Positions 48,103 through 59,803 of a stretch of 64,000 nt of DNA are shown here, piece by piece (the first letter of the stretch is position 1; the number at the start of each line of letters is the position of its first letter). The notes beneath the pieces were generated by a model. The model was not told the origin of the DNA. It did no database searches and saw only the letters and a list, made by a program, of their open reading frames with translations. The DNA comes from Takakia lepidozioides (taxonomy: Eukaryota; Plantae; Bryophyta): assembly GCA_030704615.1 (NCBI GenBank), contig CM060733.1:72540001-72604000 (forward strand), given 5' to 3'. Made by a program: the position numbers and the translations under genes.

Positions 48103-49954
48103 GTACATAAACTTTGCATTCATTCCGTCCGGAGCCATTCAAAAGGTTCCACCATTCTTCCTGGCGTAGAGGACACCTGGAGGTCGTGGTACGATGTACA
48201 TAGAAGTAATGGCAAAGGAGTGGCATGACGAGCATTTGGTAGACTGTCCCTGGTATGTGGATCTCCCAAGTGGGACCGTTGACCTCTCGGAGGTTAACTT
48301 GAAGAAGGAAGCAAATGCCAGGGCTATGAAGGCGCAATCGGATCCCCAACCAGAGGACGCGGAAAGACTGAAAGCAGAGGAGGCAGCCAAGCAGAAGGCA
48401 CTGAGAAAGTCAGCCAAGGCGGCAGCGTTGGCGAAGGAGCAGATCGAGAAGCAGGCAGCTGAGCAACCCAAGGACAGGAAGAAATGAACGCGCAAACAGG
48501 GGCAAGAGACGAAGACCCCCACACCCAAGAAGAAGAAGCAGCAACATAGTCAGCCAGATGACGAGGATTCCGACGACGATTTCTAGTAGGATAACACCCA
48601 AGGGGCCACACCTCGTCCGAAAATTCTTAAGGGCCAGCGCTCCAGGGGTTCGGCGCGAAGAGATCACTATATGAGGATGCACCTGGCAGACCCTACCGTG
48701 CGGTGCACATTGCGGGCAGGGAAATCCTCAAAACACCCACAATTGTGGAGTGTGTTAATGAAAATTTCCTAACTGCTCTGACCAGAAGGCTGGAGAAAAC
48801 GAGATTGAGGAAGGCGATCGAGGCCTACCAGGGGAAGGGGAAGATGAAGGCCACTGGCAATGATATGGAGGACACTCTTGGCTACACAAAGATGATGGAG
48901 TATTTTGTGGCGACGAGTCACGGCAAAAAGAGCACAGTCGAGGGCAGGGCGGTGAAAGCCTCCATCGACATGATCCTTGTGGATATCCCGGATGGGCAGG
49001 AGATACTGGGGCTGGGCTCACTACCCTGGTGGAACAAGTACGACGAAAGATACTTGAGCCACACATTCGGGTTCGCAGCCAACATGTTGGACGACGACGG
49101 CTGTGTTGTTGTGCTAGCAGCTGATGGAGAAGTCACTGAGAATGATATCAAAGTATGGACGGGGAGAAGTGCAGCACCCATCCTGAAAAAGATCTGGACT
49201 TGCATCAACACGCAGGGTCTTCTCAACGATGGTCAGAAGGTATGCTGCGGTTCTCCTCTGCTCTGCCAATTTCTGCGCCAAAATTGCCCATGTACGTGTA
49301 GACCACCTCTCACGTTCTCATTTCCTTCTTTGCAGATTCTTATCTTTTAGGCATTCTGCTTCGTGAAGGAATATTCGAAATTCAAATTACGTCAAGCAGG
49401 TAGACTTGTTGATTCCACAGTTGATCCACTGGAGTATAACGTCCTGTTCAACCATGTGGGAGAGAAGGACATGCTTTGTGATTTGTCGGGCAAGCCTTGG
49501 AGGTATGGCAGGACCAGGAGTCCTGCATTCATCCAGACGCTCATGGAAACGTGTACGGATGTTGAAGGCAGGGTCCTTGACGTCACTGCAAATACAGGTT
49601 AGAGCGTTAAGTGATTGCGGCACCGAAATTGACACCGTTTCCGATTGTGTATGTTTGCTTGCGCGAGGAAGCGAGTCATTCTTGACTTTGGCTGTGGTTG
49701 TGTCATATGAATTCGCAGGTGCCTGTATGTGGGCTGGAAGGATGTCCAACCGATTTGTGTTCTCATTTGAGGGGAATACGGCCTTGTACGGTTTCAATTT
49801 GGCGGGCCTACAGTGTCTGCCTCCGACTGAGGATCCCAAAAACGCAGAAGAGGACGTGGAAGGGGACGAGGAAGAGGAAGAGGAGGAAGTCCAAGAAATT
49901 TGTATGATGCAGGGGCGCCCAAAGCCGCTTCCTCCAATGCCTGTCTTCGAGTGA
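48103..49954 (+). pseudogene. 3' exons of ParB-MTase gene, copy 2, with nonsense codons
   Basis: Same DIPDG and VLDVTANTG motifs; stops at ~48167, 48485, ~48584. Confidence 0.8.
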
Positions 49955-51373
49955 GTTGCACCAAAGTAAGTGTATTGGTTTCGGTTGTAGGGACCATGCA
50001 ACCTGCCGATGATTCCCTGTTTGAATGGTCTAATGTGCTTCATTCTGTGTTTGTGTGTACACTCAGCCTTGCAGAGTCGTCCGACGAGGAAATGCTGGGA
50101 GACTTGCCCGAATCGGACCCTGTTGCAGAGGAGGAGACAGAATCGCATCGGCCATTCTTTGCCAGAAAATCGTTTCTCGCGAGTCCCCAGAAGCCCTTTT
50201 TTTTACCAGCCTATGCAGACACGGCTGCCAAAGAAGCCATCAGAAGGGAGGATAGGCCTACTCGGTTTGAGCAATTGATATTCGGGAATGAGCAGAGAAT
50301 TATAATGAGGCGTGAGGCCAAACATGGAATTGTGAAAGGCAGAGTAGGCAAGTTCGTCATAGAATCCGCGTCCGAGAGCAAGGGGGATGATGAGGACAGT
50401 TCCGCACCCAGGTGGACAGTTCCAGCTGGTGAGGATGGTATTTTTGAGGGGAGGGCTTCTCAGAGTAACAGCGGTAGCGGCAGTGCAGGTTCGGAGGCAG
50501 GTGGAAGGCAGCCATCCTTGCATGAGGCCGGGGATGCATCGGACAGTGATCGCGGATCCTCACCATAGCAAAGTCTCATTTGGATCTTTTTGTTGTACAG
50601 TTTTGAAACACTTATTGAAAATATTGACGATTTCAAAAATCATTGTGTTCAGACTGCATGTCCGATTCCCTACATTTCTTCCGCCAACCACAATGTAATA
50701 ATAAAAGCAGAAGAGACGCAAACTTAAGTAAAGAACCCTACAAGTAATTTATGCACACCAGCGAACCGCGAACTTGAAGCCATGAAAACCCTGCCGTTTC
50801 TAACATTCCTATTGGGAATTTTGGCGCCGAAATAGCCCAGTGTGCGCCTTCATAATATGGGCCTTATAAAATTCCACGAAGGAATTACTGCACCAAAATA
50901 TCACGATGGAAGCCTTCAGCACAAGGCACTTCAGCACATTGCACTTGGGTATTTCGGCGCCGAAATAGCCCGCTCTGCGCCATAAAATACGGCACTATAT
51001 CACATTTCAAAAGGAAATTTCGGCGCCGAAATACCCCGGTGGATGTCTTCAAAACACCACTTTAGCACATTGCTCTTGGGAATTTCGGCGCCGAAATATC
51101 AAGGTCGGTGGTTTTAGGACGGCGGTGGTTTTAGCACAATTTCTTCCCGAATGTCGTGGCACCTTCTCTGTCAAGCCCCTTCTAGCCCCAGTCATTTTTT
51201 ATCGCTTGTGTAGGTAGCCGTTGTTGGCCAATGGGGGCACGTATTGCCGTTGCCCCAGAGAAGATCACCTGAGAAGGTTTTCCGCATTGGGTTTTCAATG
51301 TTTGCATCTCCGTGTTGAAAAACAATAGTGATTACTTGTCCCTCTCCACTCCCGGTGGGCGCACACTTCCTCA

Positions 51374-52000
51374 ATGCCGCCTTGTGTAAGTGCCTTCTGC
51401 ATTCGACGGAGCGGGATTCGAGGATCGCGATTGCGTGAGCCGGTGATGGGAGACATTATGGTGGAGTTGAACTTCAGTGAAGGTACACGCAGGGTGACGA
51501 GTTTCCGAGCACTTCTGTGGGATTCTCTTTGGGTGAGGCCTGCTAGTGGACAACAGTGGATACTTGTTGTGCGAGATAGACCTGGAAGACGGAGTGTTCG
51601 TCTCTTCATCATGAGATGTTGCTTCGGCGAGTTCTGGAGGTCTTACTACCATAACTATACTACACCTCCACAGTATTTGCTCCCGGATAGGGCTCTTGAG
51701 TTGCTCACTCACTCTTATGGGCAAGGGAATATATTGTTGACACTAGGGGAGAATCGGAACAGGTTTGTCCTAGATGTTTGCGAATTTCACGACGCTGTGG
51801 AGGAGGTCCCAATAGGAGGCCTCCAATATCTGCATGTTTTCACGAACGTGACCTCTATAGATATCTTGTATCTTTATGTTCGCCATCTTAATCCAGAAAA
51901 CGGCAATGCGCAGTGGACGACTACCGCACCACTCCTAATTCTGGACCTGTGGTTCGACGACTCGGTGGTTCGTGTTGTGGATGTCAACGCAGCAGCATAG
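51374..52000 (+). CDS. Hypothetical 208-aa protein in palindrome-bounded segment (distant paralog C)
   Basis: ATG-initiated intronless ORF, AATAAA at ~52124; weak motif match (P..GDI.V.L, S.RA, W.L.V.D, R.C) to 275-910. Confidence 0.6.
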   Translation: MPPCVSAFCIRRSGIRGSRLREPVMGDIMVELNFSEGTRRVTSFRALLWDSLWVRPASGQQWILVVRDRPGRRSVRLFIMRCCFGEFWRSYYHNYTTPPQYLLPDRALELLTHSYGQGNILLTLGENRNRFVLDVCEFHDAVEEVPIGGLQYLHVFTNVTSIDILYLYVRHLNPENGNAQWTTTAPLLILDLWFDDSVVRVVDVNAAA

Positions 52001-52498
52001 CGCGGTAAGGATCATTGTGGAGGGTGATTGGAGGGCACAGGCTCCGGGATATGGTAGTTCCACAGGTTTCTTATGCCGCAGTGGTATTTCTGATGATGGA
52101 AGCTTGGAGTAGTCGCTGTACAAAATAAAAACTTGTGGTTGCTTGATGTTTTCATTTCGAGTGTCATGTCAATGTGGGCTTGATGTTGAGTTGAATGGGG
52201 TTTGCAAGTTCAACTGTCGTTTGACCCTAAATAAATTACCTTGTCAGCACAATGGCTTGTGAGGGCTACAATTTTATGTCTCTATCATGTCCTGCACAAT
52301 GTTTTACAGTGGTGACGTGGAATAACGGTGCTGAAATACCTCATTCCGCATCCTGGACCAGGAGAAACAGACCCTATTATCGAGGTAAGAGGACATAACA
52401 CCGTCAATAAAGGCACGAAAATTCCAATTCCGCGGATGCCCGCTCATGAGCTCATAGGCTCATAGGCTCATGGGCTCATGGGCTCATGGGCTCATGAA

Positions 52499-55400
52499 GA
52501 GTTGCCACTGGCAACCAAATGTGCATAATGTGGTAATAGTGTGCCAAAGACTCTGGACGACTGATTTCTTTCCAAGCCAAATCCATAACAATGGGAATTT
52601 GGTTGAAGGGTAGAATCATAGCCTGATTGTATTCAAGTGCAGCAGGAGTAGTAGGTGGGTTAAAAGAAGCATCACCCCAAACCTCAGACAGTGATTGTTG
52701 CAGTGCCATGGTATCAACACTGTCGACCTGGCGTGGTTGCTGTGATGTTGCTGCCACAGTCCCTCCTGATGTTGACAAGTCTTGCACTTCCTGTGCTGAA
52801 GATTGGAAAATCAAAGTCCTTGCGTGCAAATAAGTAGCCATGAGCTGTTCCTCAGGAACAAAGGCCCTTTTGTCAATGTTGGAGCTCAAGTCATCCACTT
52901 GAGTCTACAGCCCTTCTACATCCTCCTGTAACTCAGCTATCCGACTATAGATATTGTCTACAGTGGTTGTGGCAATGTTCTGCATCTGTAGCCTGAAATC
53001 GTTCATCTCATTTTGGGTGAGCTTTCTTGGTGCTTTCCCTTCCACTGGCCCTTGTGTTAACCACTCCTGCAAAAGATGATTATCCACCAAGTCATGTGTA
53101 ACACCACAGAGATCCTACTCCTCCTTGAGCCGGTATGCTTCCAACTGTTGTTGTAAATTCTCCATGCGCTTTGCATGAGGCTCAACCAGAGCTGCATAGG
53201 CAGCTGACAGATTATTGGTTTCTTTCCAAGCTTTTCACTCACAGAAAGTTCATTGTCCCGTACTGTGATGGTTTGCTGCAACTCAAAGATGTACTTGTCC
53301 TTCTGGACATCGACCTAGTGGAACTGCTGAATGGTATCCTCATTGCGACAGATAGTAGCCTTCATGTCAGCAATGAGTTTCCCCTGCTCCATTGACTCTG
53401 TCTCCGCCGTTATACATCTCTCAGCTTGGTTCTTGATTTCCAGTGTAGCCATCTCCAGATTAGTCGTTAGTGTGGCACACTGTATGATCATTTTCTGATG
53501 GACTGCTTCCAATTCTGTATGAAGCAACTTCACTTCATGCAACTTGCCCTCATGCTGAATCTGTATCTGGTATAGCTGCTGCTTATGCACTTCATGCAAC
53601 TTCTCTTGCTCAAGACCTGCTTCAATTAAATCTTCATTCGCAAGCTGTAGGGCAGTTTTAGTGTCCTCCAACTCTTTCTGCAACTTGAGGTTGGCCTCCA
53701 CATCCACCCTGTTTGCACACTCAGTGGCAATTCTTACCTCAAGCTCTTGCTTGAGCTCCTCCCACAATGCTACCAATTGAGTGGAAGGAACATGAGTCTT
53801 GACATAGGTGCCCAATAGGTTGAGAGTCCTGCTTATGGAACTCATAAGCATGGCCTGTTGTGGGTCTTCATGGAGAACCTGCTGCTGTTCTTCCTGATTC
53901 TCTACAGTTGGATGTTTCACAAACCAATCAGGCCATGATCCCACAGGATCTTCTTCCTGAGCAACCTCATCTTCCACAGGTGCTGCAGTACCCTTGCCCT
54001 TTACCCCTTTAACCTCCGCCACAAGTTTGGGCATAACTTGCACAGCAGGGATTTCCTTGGGCAGACTCCGCATCTTTGGTACCATGGGTTCTCCGACCAT
54101 GCCAGAGTTTTCATAGAGAAGGTCGCCCTTCTCAATTTCTGCCACTACTTGCTCTGTAGTGGGGATGTCCAACCCCTCTCTCTCCACAGTAAGAGGCTCC
54201 AGTGTAACAACATGTCCGGTCTGAGTTACCACTGGGGCAACCTGGTCAGCTTGCTGTGCTGGCCGTGGTACTAAGGTGACTTCTTCCTCCCTCTCTAATG
54301 GCCGTGCTTCCAGTAATAACAGCCTATTGTGCTGCTACACCCCATCCTGTGCAGGAGCTATGGAAACATCATCGTGAGGGTTCCTTGCGGCCAGTGGGTC
54401 TGCCATTCCAGTTGCGTCCCTCTTCTGTCTCTTGGACTGGTGCTGCCTCTCTAAACCTCTTTCACCTTGTGAAGAGCCTTGCTCCTCAACTGCAGTTGTG
54501 GCTGCCTCAAACACCCCCATTACTTTATGTTCTTGCGCATCAAGCAAGCAAAAATCAAAGATGATTTGTGCAATAATTGGGCCAGACACAATAATTGGGG
54601 ACTTGGCAGTAGTATTTTGTAATCATTTCATCTCCTCCACCAGACCACTGTGCATCATCTCCGCCCAAGCTACATCCTCTCCTCTCAAATCTTTCAGAAT
54701 CTCCTCCATAAAAGATCTGCTAAGATGCTGTTGGTTCTGTTTCATGGCAAACAAAATGTTTAGTATCTGGCCAATTTCCCTCAACCCTTGATACTCAACT
54801 TTGGTGCAAGTGAATCCCTGGTTCCTGAAGAAACTCGTTTCTTGGAAAAGATCCCCTACTTGCAATCTTGCCCTGTGCTCATCCACGCTCACATTACCAG
54901 ATGATAATTCAAAAAATTGTTGCAAGTACTGCGGAATAACTTATATATCTACGCCCTTCACCTGGGTAACTCCCGTCTTTGGCTCAAAGTTCTTGATGAA
55001 CTAGATCATCAATTCCCGATGATGCAAAGACCACTCTTTGCGCAACAATCCCTCCAACCGCAATTCCTTCAACAGCTGCACTGCCTGTGGTATGGCGATT
55101 GTTTGCCTCTGTAAGATCATCGTGCTCTTCACTCGTAGATCCTCCATCTCTCTAATTCGCTTCATCCCGGACAACGAAGACCCTGTTTGGAATAACTGCA
55201 GGAAAGCTTGTAATGCGTATAGCATGAAAGTGTGATTAGCACAGAATGGAACAGGCAAGTGGGTGTAAGCCTGCGGGGCTTGCAAATAGTGAGTGAGAGA
55301 GACAGTACTTTCGACCTGTCCTTCCTTGTGCCACTGCGTAAGAAGTAGAGCTAGTGTATAGTCCGTGATATCCGCCGTAGCTACAAAGCTATAGTTTTGA

Positions 55401-58400
55401 TTGCCCCTCCTGTCAAGACACTGGTTATCCGGAATAACACCTATTCTTCCGCTCATAATCTTCTTAGTTTCTTGTTCTTGTTTCTTGAATGGAGTCTCTT
55501 GCACAAAATTCACGTTGCTGATTAGCCGTTGCCTCATTAGGTAACTTCTCATTTTTACCCTAATTTGTTCACATTTCCATCTTGGAATGACCACTAGGAC
55601 TGCATATGTGGCAAAGGTTCCCCTTTGCCGGACGCGTAAAGTGTTCCATTATCTGTCCTCTTGATGCATTAATGGGCTCATAATAAGTTTCGGCTGATGT
55701 ACCGGGTAGGTACTTTGACGGCCCTGTTTGTCTTCTTGTGTGATGACGCTCATTATTGCAGTACATGCAATGCGGAGTCTTTTGCCCCTTAGGCCACGTG
55801 TTTGAATTCAAACACTCTCTCATCTCCCTCTGTCCGCGTGGCACATTCTCCGAGTTTGACTTCCAAACTGTCTTTACACTTACCGGCCACTTAACTGACG
55901 TTAACACGTGTCCATCTGTCACTGCCCCTATGGACTGTGCGACCTGTGTGGGCTGTGACAGGCTGTGACAAGCTGTGGTAAGCTATGATATGTTGTAATA
56001 GGCTGTGGTGGGCTGTGATATGCTGTGTTAGACTGTGGTGGACTGTGATGGCTGTGTGAACACCTGTGTTCTCTGCTATGGCCATACACATTCGGCTTTA
56101 TGACAAGTGCTTCATGCTCCGCTGGTGCTACTGGTGTAGTCTGTGACTGCATCTGTGTTTCAAGATGCAAATCATGCTGCAATGGTCTATCATGGATACC
56201 ACTGTATCCCTTCAACTTATTGGCATTGACTCTACCAAGCATCTCTTTGTTAATGGTTTGTAACATAGCTGTGTTGTTATCATATATCTTCTGTATGACA
56301 TAAGGTCCTTTCCATGGTGATTTAGGCTTAGAAGCTTTAATCTTCCCTTCTTCTGCAACCACAGTACCAAATCACCTGTCTTAAAAGTCTTCAATTTACC
56401 TTCATCAAACTGATCCTTCCTCTTCATATGAATTCTGGTCATGTTATCTGCTGCATCAGCACGTACTTCTTCCACATGATATAGTTCATGTTTCCTTACT
56501 TTAATTGAATCCTCCAATTCCATTCTCCTTCCCCATTCAGTTCTCATAGTAGGTAATAAGAACTTCACTGGAAGTAACGTCCATATACGAAGTCCTGTAT
56601 GACCACAAAGCTGTCAACAGCTTTGTATCCCAGTCTGTCCTGTTCGCATTGACTATCTTAGCCAAGATAGTGCATAGTATTTTGTTGGTGGCCTCTGCCT
56701 GCCCATTGCCCTGTAGGTAATAGGTTGTACTCTTCCTGTGCACAATCATGAACTCCTTAGTCAATAGTTCAATGGTCTCATTAATGAAATGACTTCCCTG
56801 GTCACTGATAAATTCCAGGGGACAGCCAAATCTTGTGAGAATGTTCTCATATAGGAACCTTGCTGTGGACTTAGCTGTGTTGTCCCTCAGAGCCTTAGCT
56901 TCCACCCATTTTGTGGTATAATCAGTGGTTGTGATTATATACTTGTTCTGTGTATTCCTGGCTGGTGGATTAATCGGTCCAACAAAGTCTAATCCCCATT
57001 TCTGGAATGGTTCAGTAGGCATCGTAGGATGCAAAGCCATCTTCCCAGATCTTTGCAAAGGTCCTAGCCTCTGACACTCATCACAACTCTTACAATACTT
57101 GTGTACATCTCTAAACAAAGTAGGCCACCAGTAACCTGCAAGTAATATTTTCCTACTGGTAGTCTCTTCTCCAAAATGGCCTCTAGCCACTCCTTTATGA
57201 ACTTCTTCCAAAACTTTATTTACCTCATGGTGGTACAAGCATCGTTTAAGAATTCCATCAGGTCCTAGCTTATACAATCTTCCACCTATGATAGTGTATG
57301 GTAATGCCTTGATAGCTATTCTTTTCCTCTGCTCCTTCCCATAACTGGGTGGGCACTGTCTATGAGTAAGGTAATATCTGATTGGCCATTGCCAATCTAA
57401 CCAATCATCCGCTCCCTACACTTCCACTGCAAATAAACTCGCATCAGACAGTTGATCGTCTACTCCTGTGGCAGGTTCTCCTGTTGAAAGGCGTGACAAG
57501 TGATCTGCCACAAGATGCAAACGTCCCGGCTTGTAAACAACTTCGAATTCAAACTCGTGCAAGATAATCAACCATCTTGCTATCCTGCCACTTATCAAAG
57601 GCTTGTTCACCAGATAAATCAAAGCCTGATGATCCACATAAAACATAAACTTCCTTCCAAGTAGATAATGCCTAAATTTCTTGACTGCATAGATCATTGC
57701 TAAAGCTTCTCTTTCTGTAGTGCTATAGTTCCTCTCAACACTATTCAACAATCTGCTAGCATAGTACACAGGTGAATCTATGTTTCCTGTGACATTTTGG
57801 GCTAACACAGCCCCCAATGCTTCTCCTGAGGCATCACAGTGTACATGAAATACTATATGCCAATGAGGGTTAATAAGTACAAGTGTAGTTGTTACTGACA
57901 ATGTAAGTTCCTCAAAAGCCTATTGACATTCAACTGTCCACGCAAAAGCTTGCTCAATGGTGCTGCCATCTGTGCATACCGTCTGACAAACCTTCTGTAA
58001 TAGCTGGTTTGTCCAAGGAATCTCCTTAGAGCCTTAACATTTACTGGTGGTGGGGATGCTTTAATGGCCTCAGTCTTTCTAGGATCCACAAGCAGTCCCT
58101 TCTTACACACAATGTGTCCCAGAAATACCCCTGAGTTCACACATAAAGTACACTTTTCTGGATTCAGACCAAGACCTCTCATTCTGCATCTGGCCAAACA
58201 TAATTCCAACTTCTGCAAGTGCTCATTTTTAGAGCTGTATACACTGAAGTCATCTAAGAATACTTGCATGAAATCATCCAAATACTCATGGAAAGATTCA
58301 CTTATCACTCTCTGGAAAGTTGCTGGTGCATTACAAAGTCCAAAAGGCATGACTTTGTATGCATAAGCACCCCAGTCAATAATGAAAGCAGTCTTCCCCT

Positions 58401-59022
58401 GGTCTGTACTTGGTTATACCCACTGAAGCCATCCATGAATGAGTACATCTCATGGCCTGCCACAGTGTCCAGTACAACTTCTGTGAATGACAAAGGAAAA
58501 AGATATTTCTTTGTACAATCATTCAACTTCTTATAGTTCACACAAACTCTCAATTTGCCATTCTTCTTGGGAACTATCACAATGGGTGATAGTCAAGTTG
58601 TATACTCTATCGGGTATATGAACTTAGCCTCAGCCAACTTCTTAATCTCCTCCCCACCCTTCTGTGCATAGTTGGGATTCATCATGTACCTTGCCTGTTT
58701 GATTGGTATTGACCCTGGTTCCAGTTCAATCTTATGCTGGCAGATTTCAGGTGGTATCCATTTCAGATCTTCATAGCTCCAAGCAAATACATCTTTGTAT
58801 TTGATAAACAAGCTCTTAGCTTCCTCAAAGAATTCTGGCTCCCAATCAGCCCCAACTTTCACCATTCTTCCTCAGTTCCCACATTCACTTCTCTGACCTG
58901 CTCTTCAGCTGAGATAGTCCAGCCTGCCACTATCTCATCCCGCAGACTAATGGTGGCTGGTTCCTCTAGGATTTCCATTTCCCCTTCTTTCTCTTCATAG
59001 AAATGAGGTGGGTAATTACTTT
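52499..59022 (-). mobile_element. Older, diverged Gypsy-A-like internal region (RT, RNase H, integrase, 3' extra ORF), decayed
   Basis: FLDD, CDASG, WGLDFVGP/ISDQGSH/NGQAEA integrase, WKGPY; extra ORF pieces 52499-55823; many stops and frameshifts. Confidence 0.88.
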
Positions 59023-59748
59023 TGTCGCGGCCCTTTGCCTTGAGGGCAGGGGGTCGGGACACATGAGAGGCTGCCCCTGTGGTGGGGGCAGCGGCGGCGA
59101 TAGGTATGGGGGGCTGAAGCACCCTTGAGTGCCCAAGGCACTCAAGGAGGCGGAGGCGCTCACTAGGTGGAGCCCCGCACACCGGGTTGCGGTGGAGGTG
59201 GCTCCACAAGGGGTGGTGGTAGCTTAGTGGGACTTAGTGGGGGTGGCATAGGACTCACCATGGGGTGGAGACCTCGAGGTGGGAGTCGTGGGGAGTCTTG
59301 GGACTCATCACGGTCCATTGGGGCCGCGGTGAGTGGGCCAAGACTCACCGCGACTCACCACCGGGAGTCGAGGGTTTTCGTGGTGGTTCGCCATAAAATG
59401 GCATGGCTGGTTATGAAACCCCCGCGGACAGCTACAGAAGTATATATAGGGAGTAGTAACCCCGAGAACGGTGCAAGCCCGTTGGTGACCAAAAACTAGT
59501 GAGTAAGCGAGCGAGCCGGAAAGCGACCAAAGAGTGGGGAGCTGTTCCGGACTGCCATCTACCAAAGGGAATTCTCCTAGTCCCAAAGAGGTGGAGGGTT
59601 TAGAGGGAAGCGAAGGGGGGACCGTTATGTCCCGGTGAGCAGCCGAAGCTCCAAGTTGGCCCGGGCGGCCAGGTTGGGAGTCAGGCGCGCGCATCAAAGC
59701 GAGTAACTATGACTTGAAGGGGAGCTTACCGGAGTGAGGTGCGCGACA
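59023..59748 (+). repeat. Gypsy-C 5' LTR
   Basis: TGTCGCG...CGCGACA ends, TATATATAG at ~59440, PBS TGGTATCAGAGC at 59751-59762. Confidence 0.85.
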
Positions 59749-59803
59749 CTTGGTATCAGAGCTTAGAGTTCAGTACGCGATCGTCCTTGGGATTGGCCTC
59801 ATC

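Larger units (their letters stand above)
47972..52498 (-). mobile_element. Second MULE copy, inverted and truncated
   Basis: Reverse complement of ~31116-34389 plus a 1.24 kb extra segment; terminal ~12 bp of TIR missing. Confidence 0.9.
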
